64,000 bases of DNA from an uncultured Lachnobacterium sp. (GCA_937935345.1 CALGXR010000024.1:16111-80110); one strand, 5' to 3'; positions 18,916 through 28,110 are shown, counted from the first letter of the stretch. A program made the numbers and translations. Notes: generated by a model not told the origin, from the sequence alone.

Positions 18916-19371
18916 ATGAAGTGTCCATTTTGCAGTAGTGACAACACAAGGGTAATAGACTCAAGACCGGCTGATGACAACAGCTCTATCAGGCGCAGGA
19001 GGCTGTGCGATGATTGCGGCAAGCGTTTCACTACATATGAGAAGGTGGAGACGATCCCACTCATCGTTATAAAAAAGGACAATAACAGAGAGCAGTATGA
19101 CCGCTCCAAGATTGAAAAGGGCGTGCTTCTTGCGTGTCACAAGAGACCTATTTCAGCAGATACAATCTCAAAGCTTGTAGATGAGGTTGAGATAGAAATC
19201 TTTGCCAGAGAGGAAAAGGAAATTTCCACATCACTCATCGGAGAGCTGATTATGGACAGATTAAAGGACCTTGATGCGGTAGCATATGTGAGATTTGCAT
19301 CAGTTTACAGAGAGTTTAAGGATGTCAATACCTTTATGACGGAGCTTAAAAAGATGCTTGACACCAAATAA
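18916..19371 (+). CDS. nrdR: Transcriptional repressor NrdR (zinc ribbon plus ATP-cone)
   Basis: MKCPFCSSDNTRVIDSRP…CDDCGKRFTTYE zinc ribbon followed by an ATP-cone. 151 aa. Confidence 0.9.
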   Translation: MKCPFCSSDNTRVIDSRPADDNSSIRRRRLCDDCGKRFTTYEKVETIPLIVIKKDNNREQYDRSKIEKGVLLACHKRPISADTISKLVDEVEIEIFAREEKEISTSLIGELIMDRLKDLDAVAYVRFASVYREFKDVNTFMTELKKMLDTK

Positions 19372-19418
19372 TGTTTAGTTAGGGATTTATTTATTTTGAA
19401 AAGGATAGGAAAGCGCGT

Positions 19419-19826
19419 ATGAACATTTCCGGTATTCGCCCGAGCGAAGGCTTTTATTCATACAATTCCATAAGGTTAAACGAGCTTAGGAACAGCCAGA
19501 TTATGAGGTCTAAGCAGGCAGTGGATGACACAGCTTCACAGGCTTCTGCTACTGATGATACAGCTGATTATGAGGCTGCAAGGGCAAGGCAGAGCTTTAC
19601 ATCGCTTGATTATGCAAAGGCATATGATTCCAATGCAAGCTATGAGCTTAAGGGTGCTGACAGTGATATCAGCTCGCTTGATGTCACAAAGGCTGTATCC
19701 GATTTAGACAAGGATAAGGTATTGCAGCAGTATCAGCATTTTGTCGGCAGTGCGGATGGTATGGTTATGCAGCAGGCAGCCTTGAATGAACAGATTAACA
19801 GGGAGACAGAGAATTTTATACTATGA
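19419..19826 (+). CDS. Hypothetical protein (135 aa, S/D/A-rich)
   Basis: ORF with a weak RBS. Its stop overlaps the yqeG start (ATGA), suggesting translational coupling. No domain recognised. Confidence 0.4.
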   Translation: MNISGIRPSEGFYSYNSIRLNELRNSQIMRSKQAVDDTASQASATDDTADYEAARARQSFTSLDYAKAYDSNASYELKGADSDISSLDVTKAVSDLDKDKVLQQYQHFVGSADGMVMQQAALNEQINRETENFIL

Positions 19827-20329
19827 GTTTTTTATACCCGGGAGAGTACATTGACTCGACATACAGCATAGATTTTGATAAATTATATAAGGAGGGCTAC
19901 AGGGGCATTATTTTTGATATAGACAACACCCTTGTGACTCATGGTTCGCCTGCTGATGAGCGGGCGATTGCTTTGTTTGGGCACCTTAAGGAGCTTGGAT
20001 TTTCGTGCCTGGTGCTCTCAAACAACAAAGAGCCGCGTGTTAAGAGCTTTGCGAAGCAGGTTGGGATAAAGTATATCTACAAGGCAGGAAAGCCCAAGCC
20101 ATCAGGCTATCGTGCTGCGATGGAGAGGCTCGGCACAGATACGAAAAATACTCTGGTTGTGGGAGATCAGATATTTACGGATATCATCGGAGCCAATCTT
20201 ACTGGCATCAGGTCGATACTTGTAGCACCTATTGACCCGCATGAGGAGATACAGATTGTGCTTAAGCGTTTTATTGAAAAGCCTGTAATTGCTTGCTATA
20301 AGCGGCATTTGAAGAAAGTAAATAAATAA
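19823..20329 (+). CDS. yqeG: YqeG-type HAD-IIIA family phosphatase
   Basis: GIIFDIDNTLV DxD motif, LSNN and GDQIFTD motifs of the YqeG subfamily. 168 aa. Confidence 0.75.
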   Translation: MSFLYPGEYIDSTYSIDFDKLYKEGYRGIIFDIDNTLVTHGSPADERAIALFGHLKELGFSCLVLSNNKEPRVKSFAKQVGIKYIYKAGKPKPSGYRAAMERLGTDTKNTLVVGDQIFTDIIGANLTGIRSILVAPIDPHEEIQIVLKRFIEKPVIACYKRHLKKVNK

Positions 20330-20369
20330 TTTTAACTATAAATTTAAATTTTTTGGAGGCAGATATATT

Positions 20370-20813
20370 ATGAAGATTGCAATCGGAAACGATCACGCAG
20401 CAGTTGAGCTTAAAAAAACAATAATGGAGTACGTTGAGAGCATGGGACACGAGGTGACCAACTTCGGCACAGATTCAAGTGAGAGCTGTAATTACCCTGA
20501 GTATGGTGAGAAGGTGGCTAATGCAGTGGCATCAGGTGAGTTTGACTGCGGAATACTGATATGCGGTACAGGTGTAGGTATCTCAATAGCAGCCAACAAG
20601 GTCAACGGCATCCGCGCGGCAGTGTGCTCAGACACAGCCACAGCACGCCTTGTAAAACAGCACAACAATGCCAACATCATAGCCTTTGGTGAGAGAATTG
20701 TGGGTGTTGAGCTTGCAAAGGATATCGTAAAGGCTTATCTGACAGCCGAGTTTGAGGGTGGCAGACATGCCAAGAGAGTGGCTATGATATCAGATATCGA
20801 GGCAAGAAACTAA
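20370..20813 (+). CDS. rpiB: Ribose-5-phosphate isomerase B
   Basis: MKIAIGNDHAAVELK… and ICGTGVGISIAANK motifs. 147 aa. GGAGG RBS. Confidence 0.85.
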   Translation: MKIAIGNDHAAVELKKTIMEYVESMGHEVTNFGTDSSESCNYPEYGEKVANAVASGEFDCGILICGTGVGISIAANKVNGIRAAVCSDTATARLVKQHNNANIIAFGERIVGVELAKDIVKAYLTAEFEGGRHAKRVAMISDIEARN

Positions 20814-20853
20814 TATAAAACCAATACAAATTCATACAATAGAAAATAAATAC

Positions 20854-20882
20854 TTGAAATGTATTGCTTTTTATTGTAAAAT
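20854..20882 (+). promoter_or_regulatory. Putative sigma-A promoter of efp (TTGAAA-17-TAAAAT)
   Basis: Hexamers at 20854-20859 and 20877-20882 with 17-nt spacing. Confidence 0.45.
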
Positions 20883-20931
20883 GGACGAATGAGAGAGCTT
20901 AGGCTCGCACGATTTAAGGAGGAAGTAACTA

Positions 20932-21489
20932 ATGATTTCAGCAGGAGATTTCAGAAACGGTGTTACTATCGAGTTCGAGGGAAACATCTATCAGATTATC
21001 GAATTTCAGCATGTTAAACCAGGAAAAGGTGCAGCATTTGTACGTACAAAGTTAAAGAATATCATCAGTGGTGGTGTTGTTGAGAAGACATTCCGTCCAA
21101 CAGAGAAATGCCCTACAGCACACATTGATCGTAAGGATATGCAGTATCTTTATGCAGATGATGATTTCTATCATTTCATGGATGTTGAGACATATGACCA
21201 GATTGACTTACCAAAGGATGAGGTTGGCGATGCTCTCAAGTTTGTAAAAGAGAATGAGATGTGCAAGGTTTGCTCACACAAGGGCAATGTATTTGCAGTT
21301 GAGCCACCACTTTTCGTTGAGCTTACTGTTACAGAGACAGAGCCTGGCTTCAAGGGCGATACAGCAACAGGTGCTACAAAGCCTGCTACAGTTGAGACAG
21401 GTGCTACAGTTTATGTACCACTTTTTGTTGAGACAGATGATGTTATCAAGATTGATACAAGAACAGGTGAGTACCTTTCACGTGTATAA
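20932..21489 (+). CDS. efp: Elongation factor P
   Basis: [43 protein letters not shown] is a canonical EF-P N-terminus (the motif's central K is the residue modified in homologs). 185 aa. AAGGAGG RBS. Confidence 0.9.
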   Translation: MISAGDFRNGVTIEFEGNIYQIIEFQHVKPGKGAAFVRTKLKNIISGGVVEKTFRPTEKCPTAHIDRKDMQYLYADDDFYHFMDVETYDQIDLPKDEVGDALKFVKENEMCKVCSHKGNVFAVEPPLFVELTVTETEPGFKGDTATGATKPATVETGATVYVPLFVETDDVIKIDTRTGEYLSRV

Positions 21490-21504
21490 TCTGTAGTTTT
21501 ATGA

Positions 21505-21549
21505 GTCTGCACATATTCCGGTATGCTTGGAGTATGCGCAGGCTTTTTC
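21505..21549 (+). terminator. Terminator after efp (convergent with the flippase gene)
   Basis: GTCTGCACATA…TATGCGCAGGC imperfect 11-bp stem followed by TTTTT. Confidence 0.4.
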
Positions 21550-22871
21550 TATTTGTGTGCTGTGTGGCAGGTGAGAATCCCGACAGCAAGCGCCATAAAC
21601 ACATGAGACACAAGCATAGCCCACAGATATGCGTCTATCCCATAGCGCGGGATGAGAAGTACAATCATCAGGATTCTTATCGCACAGGTGAGCAGATTGA
21701 CAAAGAGCACCTGCTTCGCTTTGCCCAGACCGTGCAGTATGCTGCTAAGCATTCCGCTTATGTGCATCAGCGGGCAAAGAAAACACAGCCTTCTGAGGAA
21801 ATATCCGCACAGCTTCGATGAAAAAAGAAAATCCCCTATAAAATCTGACAGCATATAGAAGGTACATGTAAATACAAGTCCAAAGCACAGTCCGAATAAT
21901 GCGCAGGAGTTTATGGCTTTTGTGATTTTGGTATCCTTTCCGGCGGCATTTGCTTCAGAAATGGATGGCAGAAGCATCACGCAGGCACAGCTGCAAAGTA
22001 CACCGGGAAATAAAAGCACAGGCAGGGTGAGACCGGAAATGGTTCCGAATATGTCAAGGGCCGATGCCGGTGAGAGTCCGTAGAGCTTAAGAGTTCTTGG
22101 GATAAGCACATTTTCGATGGAGGATGAAAAGCTCACCAGTATGTAGTTTAGTGATAATGGAATGAAAAGTGCAGCCATGCCAAAGGCTGTTGTTTTCAGG
22201 CCTTTGACTGATAATTTAAAGCATGAAAAATCTTTTTTTACAGTGATAACGGAAAAGACGGTTGCGCACGCCTCGCCTGCCACGATGCCGAATATCGAGT
22301 ATACAGGCTTAAAGCCACTGCTGCCGTCTGACAGTATTGAATATATCAGATAGCAGGTGCCGATGCGCGCGGTCTGCTCAATTAATTGTGTGGCAGCGGG
22401 AACGGCAGCTTTTTTTAGGCCGTAATAGTATCCGTTTATGCAGGAATGGATGGCTGCAGGCAGTATGGAAAAGGACAATGCCTTGACAAGCGCACTACAG
22501 CGCGGCTCGCTTAAAATATAAAGGCTTATGTAGTTGGCATTGGAATACATAATAATTGTGAGTAAAAGTGCGATGACGGCTGACATAATTATTGCGCATA
22601 GGAGTATAGTCTGCCTGTTTTGAGGCTTTTCTGCAACAAGCTTTGATGTGGCGGTCTGAAAGCCGTTACAGCAGAGTGACATGCATACGGACATGAGTGG
22701 AATCACAAGCTGATAGAGTCCAAGACCTGTTGAGCCTATGACGTTATTTAGAAATATGCGAAAGAAAAATCCCATAAACCGACTGGTTGTACTGGCAAGT
22801 GTCAGAAAAATAGTTCCGGTCACAAGTGGATTGGATAAATATTTTTTTACAATCAAAAAATCACCTGTCAT
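21549..22871 (-). CDS. MOP-superfamily flippase (polysaccharide biosynthesis protein / SpoVB-MurJ-like, PST family)
   Basis: About 12-14 TM helices. The N-terminal motif …SRFMGFFFRIFLNNVIGSTGLGLYQLV matches the PST/MurJ/SpoVB consensus …SR.LGF..R..L….G..G.G.Y. The start may be ATG 22871 or TTG 22853; the latter has AGGTGA 4 nt upstream. Confidence 0.7.
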   Translation of the reverse strand: MTGDFLIVKKYLSNPLVTGTIFLTLASTTSRFMGFFFRIFLNNVIGSTGLGLYQLVIPLMSVCMSLCCNGFQTATSKLVAEKPQNRQTILLCAIIMSAVIALLLTIIMYSNANYISLYILSEPRCSALVKALSFSILPAAIHSCINGYYYGLKKAAVPAATQLIEQTARIGTCYLIYSILSDGSSGFKPVYSIFGIVAGEACATVFSVITVKKDFSCFKLSVKGLKTTAFGMAALFIPLSLNYILVSFSSSIENVLIPRTLKLYGLSPASALDIFGTISGLTLPVLLFPGVLCSCACVMLLPSISEANAAGKDTKITKAINSCALFGLCFGLVFTCTFYMLSDFIGDFLFSSKLCGYFLRRLCFLCPLMHISGMLSSILHGLGKAKQVLFVNLLTCAIRILMIVLLIPRYGIDAYLWAMLVSHVFMALAVGILTCHTAHK

Positions 22872-22922
22872 ATGTTGTCTTAGAAGTATATGTGCTTCTT
22901 TGGATATATATGACAGGTGATT
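22859..22922 (-). promoter_or_regulatory. Perfect 15-bp inverted repeat forming an mRNA hairpin that sequesters the RBS and start codon of the flippase gene
   Basis: Plus 22859-22873 AATCACCTGTCATAT is the exact reverse complement of 22908-22922 ATATGACAGGTGATT. The 34-nt spacer contains a nested AGAAG/CTTCT stem. On the minus-strand mRNA the downstream arm holds AGGUGA plus AUG and the first 4 codons. Confidence 0.45.
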
Positions 22923-23007
22923 ATTTATTGTGTGTTAAACAGCTATTTTGCGCTAAACAACTATTATACTCTTATATGACCGGTATCGTTATATTAAATT
23001 TGTGAGA

Positions 23008-23838
23008 TTAACCCATAAAGTGGCGGATAGCCTTGGCTACGCCGTCATTTTCGTTTGTGTCGGTGACGTAATCAGCCTGTGCCTTAAGTTCATCGGTTGC
23101 ATTTCCCATGGCCACGCCGATGTGTGCGGCTTTTACGATAGCCATGTCGTTTTCGGTGTCACCGACAGCCATTGTCTCATCAGCTGCTATATTCAGGATT
23201 TGAGCCAGCTTATGAAGTGCCACACCCTTGTCAACGCCTGCTTTTGTGAATTCCAGATTACCGTAGCCACCGCTTACGAGCGTGATTTCAGAGATTTTTT
23301 TCAGATGCTCAAATACTTCGTCGCGGCAGTAGTAGTTATCATTTGCATCCTTTGGGAAATTGATGGTCATTTTCTGCATATGGTAATTGTTTTCGCGCAT
23401 CATTTCAGTGATATCGTTCACACGTTTTCTGGTTGTCATGATGTATTCCTTTATAGAAGGAGGCATTTTGAGATCCTTTGCATCCTCGAGACACTTGTAC
23501 GGAGAATAGCCACAGCCGTTTATGAAGGCATCCATATGAACACGCTTTGTCATCAGGTAATCAATTATTGAAAAAGCTGTCTCATCGGAAAGGCAGTTTT
23601 CGTAAAGACATTTTTGGGTGTCAATCTCGTAGATTGCACTTCCGTTTGCAGTGATAGCGTAGCGGATGCCGGTGTCCTTAATTGCTTCAAACGGCAGTCC
23701 GCCGAATGGACGGCCGGTGGAGATGACCACATTTATCCCTGCGGCAGTTGCCTCTTTTATAGCTTTTATATTTTCCTGTGATATCTGACTTTGGTTGTTG
23801 AAAAGTGTTCCGTCGAGATCTAAAGCGATAAGTTTCAT
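23008..23838 (-). CDS. Cof-type HAD-IIB family phosphatase
   Basis: MKLIALDLDGTLFNN DxD motif and C-terminal GDTENDMAIV motif. Confidence 0.8.
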   Translation of the reverse strand: MKLIALDLDGTLFNNQSQISQENIKAIKEATAAGINVVISTGRPFGGLPFEAIKDTGIRYAITANGSAIYEIDTQKCLYENCLSDETAFSIIDYLMTKRVHMDAFINGCGYSPYKCLEDAKDLKMPPSIKEYIMTTRKRVNDITEMMRENNYHMQKMTINFPKDANDNYYCRDEVFEHLKKISEITLVSGGYGNLEFTKAGVDKGVALHKLAQILNIAADETMAVGDTENDMAIVKAAHIGVAMGNATDELKAQADYVTDTNENDGVAKAIRHFMG

Positions 23839-24037
23839 AAGAAATCCTTTCTTTTGTTTGAAAAATATAGTGTTTTAGTATATTATGGTGAATAGACTAT
23901 TGATTTTTGTGTTTTAAAATCGGTTACAATGATAATATAAATTTTCACAAATTTCAAGGATGAAGAGCACATAGCTTTTGCTTTGAAATATTTTACACTG
24001 TGGAGTGAATAACAGCTGAAACGGAAAAGGAAACGAA

Positions 24038-26488
24038 ATGACAAGAGAAGAATTCAGAAAATATATCAGAGAAAACATAGTTATCCTGGATGGCGCAACC
24101 GGTACAAACCTGATGGCGGCGGGCATGCCTGTAGGTGTGTGCCCGGAGGAATGGGTTATGGAGCATCCGCAGGTGATTCTTGATCTGCAGAGGGCATATG
24201 TCGACAACGGCACGAATATCGTTTATGCACCTACCTTTACGGGAAACAGGATTAAGCTTTTAGAATATGGCTTGCAGGAGAAAATCAATGAGATAAATAC
24301 CACTCTTGTTGGTCTGTCAAAGCAGGCTGTCGGTGACAGGGCACTGGTAGCAGCAGATATGACCATGACAGGCAGACAGCTTTTTCCTCTCGGAGACCTG
24401 ATGTTTGAGGAGCTTTTGGAGGTGTACAAGGAGCAGGCGAGGATTCTTGATGCGGCAGGCGCAGATGTTTTCGTGGTTGAGACAATGATGAGTCTTCAGG
24501 AGTGCAGAGCGGCAGTGCTTGCGATAAAAGAGGTCAGCGACCTTCCTATTATGGTGACACTCACCTACAACGAGGATGGCAGGACACTTTTCGGCACACC
24601 GCCTGAGACTGCTGTTGTTGTGCTGCAGTCACTTGGGGTGGATGCTATCGGTGTGAACTGCTCGACGGGACCGGCTGAGATGATAGCGCTTGTTGAGAAA
24701 ATGGCAGAGTACTCCACAGTACCTCTTATTGCCAAGCCAAATGCCGGGCTTCCTGAGCTTGAGGACGGTAAAACTGTATACAAGATGACTCCGGATATGT
24801 TTGCGGACGCGATGACAGGACTCGTGAAGGCCGGTGCATCCATTGTCGGAGGCTGCTGTGGCACCACGCCGGAGCATATACGTGCTCTTACCGAGGCCGT
24901 AAAGACCATGCCTGTTCATAAGCCGCTTGAGCATCATAGAAGGGTGCTTGCGTCCGAACGAAAGAATGTAGAGATTGACTTAGATGGCAACTTTACCGTG
25001 GTTGGAGAGAGAATCAACCCTACAGGCAAGAAAAAGCTTCAGGCACAGCTTCGTGAGGGAAAGCTTGACCTGGTGCGCCAGATGGCTATGGAGCAGGAGA
25101 CAAATGGTGCGAGAATACTTGACATCAATATGGGTATGAACGGTATCGATGAGAAGGAGATGATGAAATCGGTTATATATGAGGTTTCATCTACCGTGGA
25201 CTGTCCGCTTTGTATTGATTCAAGCTACGTGGGGGTAATAGAGGAGGCTCTTAAGATTTATCCGGGAAGAGCTCTCATCAATTCTATTTCCCTTGAGACA
25301 GAAAAGATGGAAAAGCTTCTGCCTCTTGCGGCAAAATACGGAGCGATGTTTATACTTTTACCGCTTTCGGACGCAGGCTTGCCGAAGGATGTGGAGGAGA
25401 AAAAGCAGATTATAAATACAATTTATGACAAGGCACTGTCGCTTGGAATGGCACATGAGGACATAGTGGTGGATGGACTTGTTGCGACAATAGGTGCAAA
25501 TCCAAAGGCTGCAATCGAGTGCTATGAGACCATTGCGTACTGCAAGGATGAGAAAAAGCTTCCTACAATATGTGGTCTTTCAAATATATCCTTCGGACTG
25601 CCTGAGCGCATGTACGTGAACACAGCGTTTCTTACTATGGCAATATGCAAGGGACTCACCATGGCTATTGCCAATCCATCACAGGAGCTTTTGATGAATG
25701 CGGCATTTGCATCGGATATGCTGCTCGACAGACCTGACAGCGATATCGCATACATCGAGCGCATGAGCAGGCTTGCGGAGGAAAAGGCACAGTACGAGAC
25801 TGTTGTTGTGAAAAAAACGGACAGTGATGCGTCAGCTTCAAACGGCACAGGTGCAGCCGGCAGTAAGGATGCGGTATTTCAGGCTGTCTTAAAGGGAAAC
25901 AAGGGCAGCATAATTGATGAAGTAAAGAAAATGCTTTCTGATGGTGCAAAGCCTGACGAGATTATTAATAACAGCCTGATTCCGGCTATTAATGAGGTGG
26001 GAGAGCTTTTTAACCAGAAGAAGTATTTCCTGCCACAGCTTATCGGCAGCGCAAATACCATGAAGCTTGCTATAGAGCATCTGGAGCCGTTACTTGAAAA
26101 GAAGGACTCTGGGGAGGATATGCCGACTCTTGTCATTGCAACGGTAGAGGGCGATATTCACGATATAGGAAAGAACCTTGTCGTGCTTATGCTTAAAAAC
26201 TATGGCTACAACGTGATTGATATGGGAAAGGATGTGCCTTGTGAGGATATCGTGAACAAGGCAATTGAGACGAATGCGGCAGTTATCGGACTGTCAGCTC
26301 TTATGACCACCACCATGATGCGCATGAAGGATGTGGTAGAAATCTGCAAGGAAAAGGGCTGTAATAGCAAGGTTGTAATCGGCGGAGCCTGCATTACACA
26401 AAGCTTTGCCGATGAGATAGGAGCCGATGGATATTCAAAGGATGCGGCAGAGTGCGTGAAGCTTGTGGAGAGACTTCTGAATAGTTAA
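24038..26488 (+). CDS. metH: Methionine synthase (cobalamin-dependent), short form lacking the C-terminal AdoMet reactivation domain
   Basis: Homocysteine S-methyltransferase domain (GCCGTTPEHI), pterin-binding domain, and B12-binding cap plus Rossmann domain (…EGDIHDIGKNLV…) showing the DxHxxG motif. 816 aa. Confidence 0.85.
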   Translation: MTREEFRKYIRENIVILDGATGTNLMAAGMPVGVCPEEWVMEHPQVILDLQRAYVDNGTNIVYAPTFTGNRIKLLEYGLQEKINEINTTLVGLSKQAVGDRALVAADMTMTGRQLFPLGDLMFEELLEVYKEQARILDAAGADVFVVETMMSLQECRAAVLAIKEVSDLPIMVTLTYNEDGRTLFGTPPETAVVVLQSLGVDAIGVNCSTGPAEMIALVEKMAEYSTVPLIAKPNAGLPELEDGKTVYKMTPDMFADAMTGLVKAGASIVGGCCGTTPEHIRALTEAVKTMPVHKPLEHHRRVLASERKNVEIDLDGNFTVVGERINPTGKKKLQAQLREGKLDLVRQMAMEQETNGARILDINMGMNGIDEKEMMKSVIYEVSSTVDCPLCIDSSYVGVIEEALKIYPGRALINSISLETEKMEKLLPLAAKYGAMFILLPLSDAGLPKDVEEKKQIINTIYDKALSLGMAHEDIVVDGLVATIGANPKAAIECYETIAYCKDEKKLPTICGLSNISFGLPERMYVNTAFLTMAICKGLTMAIANPSQELLMNAAFASDMLLDRPDSDIAYIERMSRLAEEKAQYETVVVKKTDSDASASNGTGAAGSKDAVFQAVLKGNKGSIIDEVKKMLSDGAKPDEIINNSLIPAINEVGELFNQKKYFLPQLIGSANTMKLAIEHLEPLLEKKDSGEDMPTLVIATVEGDIHDIGKNLVVLMLKNYGYNVIDMGKDVPCEDIVNKAIETNAAVIGLSALMTTTMMRMKDVVEICKEKGCNSKVVIGGACITQSFADEIGADGYSKDAAECVKLVERLLNS

Positions 26489-26517
26489 AATTTTTTAAAA
26501 TAAAATATAAAAAGTTG

Positions 26518-26546
26518 TTGACAATAAGGTGCCGACTGTATATAAT
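26518..26546 (+). promoter_or_regulatory. Consensus sigma-A promoter (TTGACA-17-TATAAT) driving the tRNA-Val/tRNA-Met pair
   Basis: TTGACA 26518-26523, exact 17-nt spacer, TATAAT 26541-26546. The tRNA 5' end is about 22 nt downstream. An inverted repeat CCGACT…AGTCGG brackets the -10 element. Confidence 0.6.
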
Positions 26547-26567
26547 AATCAAGTCGGTTGACGACAT

Positions 26568-26640
26568 GGGATCTTAGCTCAGCTGGGAGAGCATCTGCCT
26601 TACAAGCAGAGGGTCACAGGTTCGAGCCCTGTAGGTCCCA
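26568..26640 (+). tRNA. tRNA-Val (anticodon TAC)
   Basis: GGGATCT acceptor, AGCTC/GAGC D-arm, anticodon loop CTTACAA, T-loop TTCGAGC, discriminator A. Confidence 0.85.
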
Positions 26641-26666
26641 TCCTTTTAAAGGATATCAATCAATAT

Positions 26667-26740
26667 GGCGAGGTGGCTCAACTGGCTAGAGCGTCCGGTT
26701 CATACCCGGGAGGTTGAGAGTTCGAGTCTCTCCCTCGCTA
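26667..26740 (+). tRNA. tRNA-Met (anticodon CAT; elongator type, or possibly the lysidine-modified Ile2)
   Basis: Cloverleaf with anticodon loop TTCATAC. The anticodon stem lacks the three consecutive G-C pairs of initiator tRNAs. Confidence 0.8.
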
Positions 26741-26748
26741 CTTATTTA

Positions 26749-26780
26749 AGACTTGCAGTTGTTGCAGGTCTTTTTATTTT
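26749..26780 (+). terminator. Rho-independent terminator after the tRNA pair
   Basis: GACTTGCAG/TTGCAGGTC stem followed by TTTTTATTTTTT. Confidence 0.5.
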
Positions 26781-26898
26781 TTATAATGATTACAAGTACA
26801 TGATATGCAGATAATATGATATAATTATAAATATTTTTACTGTTCAGAACCACTGTTCTTGTTCTGAATAGTTATGAAAGAAACAGAAAGGGATAAGC

Positions 26899-27966
26899 AT
26901 GATAAGACCTAAAATAGGACTTGACTGGGATGATGTGACAGCCCCATTCAACAGTATAGCCATAGATATGGCGAACAAAAAATATAATATCATCCCACCT
27001 CTTTCGCTGGAGGATATAGATTCCTGGGAGAATAACGGCAGAGCCTCTGTCATAAAGGAGTTTTACCGGGATAATGCACTTTATGAGAGGCAGAAGCCTA
27101 CAGAAGAGACAAAGCGGATGATAAGAAAGCTCATGGATATTGGGGAGGTCTATTTTATCACTGCAGTGGCGCCGGGCTTCATGGGAGTGAGAGCGAGCCA
27201 GATAATGGAGGCATTTCCTGATTTCCCGACAGAAAATATCATACTTGGCAATGCAAAAAATCTCGTGCAGTTTGATATTATCTTAGATGATGCCATACAC
27301 AATGTGCTTGAGACACCGGCCACATATCCTGTACTCATGCGAAAGCCGTGGAATTCAAAAATGACAGGACTTTTATCTGTCAATAATATCACAGAGTTTG
27401 TATATCTCGTGGAGCAGATAATAAATGCGTCATTATATAGAAATAAAAATATAAACAATCCGTCGGTTGTGGCGCTTGTCGGACCATCCGGCTCGGGAAA
27501 GACAGCACTCTCAGACAGCCTGTGTACTATGGAGCAGTTTGAGAATCCAAAAACCTACTGTACCAAGCCGGGAGATAAGCACAGATATCTGACGGAGGAT
27601 GAATTTAACGCACAGGATTTTTTTGAAAAGACAAGATACGCAGGAATACAGTATGGCACCAAAATGGAGGATATAGAGGCAGTGCTTGTAAAGGGACACT
27701 TTGTCGTGATGCCGCTTGATATGTGTGGCGCCATTGCCATGAAGCGTCATTTCCCGACTGTCATAGTGTATGTGGCACGTGACAAGGAGCTCTTAATCAG
27801 GGATATCATAGAACAGGATTACCCGGTTGAAGAAAAGACACTGCGTATTCTGTCGATAGATGCAGAGAAACGCAATCGCCAGATATGTGACTATGCGGTA
27901 AATAACATGGATGTCGGTGCAGCTACGAGTGAGCTTGCAGAGATTTTGAAGAATGCACAGCTATAA
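26899..27966 (+). CDS. Fusion protein: N-terminal 5'(3')-deoxyribonucleotidase-like HAD domain (NT5C family) and C-terminal guanylate-kinase-like P-loop domain
   Basis: N-terminus KIGLDWDDVTAPF follows the DxD HAD motif of NT5C/YorS-like nucleotidases. The C-terminus has LVGPSGSGKT Walker A followed by a GK-like …YGTKMEDIEAVLVKGHFVVMPLDMCG layout. Confidence 0.55.
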   Translation: MIRPKIGLDWDDVTAPFNSIAIDMANKKYNIIPPLSLEDIDSWENNGRASVIKEFYRDNALYERQKPTEETKRMIRKLMDIGEVYFITAVAPGFMGVRASQIMEAFPDFPTENIILGNAKNLVQFDIILDDAIHNVLETPATYPVLMRKPWNSKMTGLLSVNNITEFVYLVEQIINASLYRNKNINNPSVVALVGPSGSGKTALSDSLCTMEQFENPKTYCTKPGDKHRYLTEDEFNAQDFFEKTRYAGIQYGTKMEDIEAVLVKGHFVVMPLDMCGAIAMKRHFPTVIVYVARDKELLIRDIIEQDYPVEEKTLRILSIDAEKRNRQICDYAVNNMDVGAATSELAEILKNAQL

Positions 27967-28110
27967 AATGTATTTATAGCAAGCTCTTAGTTATAAGTAT
28001 TAACACTTTTCCTAGAAAGATGGTATGATATGATTAGTTCAAGGGAACACATCCCTGAATGAAAATCAAAAATAATAACATTAACATATCATTAATAGGA
28101 GGATATTAAT

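Noticed and set aside
21501-21821. 106-aa + strand ORF overlapping the 3' end of the flippase gene
   Set aside because: Overlaps the minus-strand membrane-protein gene. His/Arg-rich low-complexity translation.
23839-24037. Search for SAM (S-box) riboswitch or T-box leaders upstream of metH, metY (27967-28110) and cysS (31387-31456)
   Set aside because: None of these leaders contains recognisable S-box helices or T-box specifier/antiterminator motifs. The cysS leader is only 70 nt.
26568-26740. The tRNA pair as a possible integration site for a mobile element
   Set aside because: No integrase, recombinase, direct repeat of the tRNA 3' end or phage structural genes were found downstream. Only the single NT5C-GK fusion gene looks accessory.
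26667-26740. tRNA-Met(CAT) as an initiator tRNA-fMet
   Set aside because: The anticodon stem lacks the three consecutive G:C pairs, and position 1:72 is a G:U pair rather than the initiator-type mismatch.
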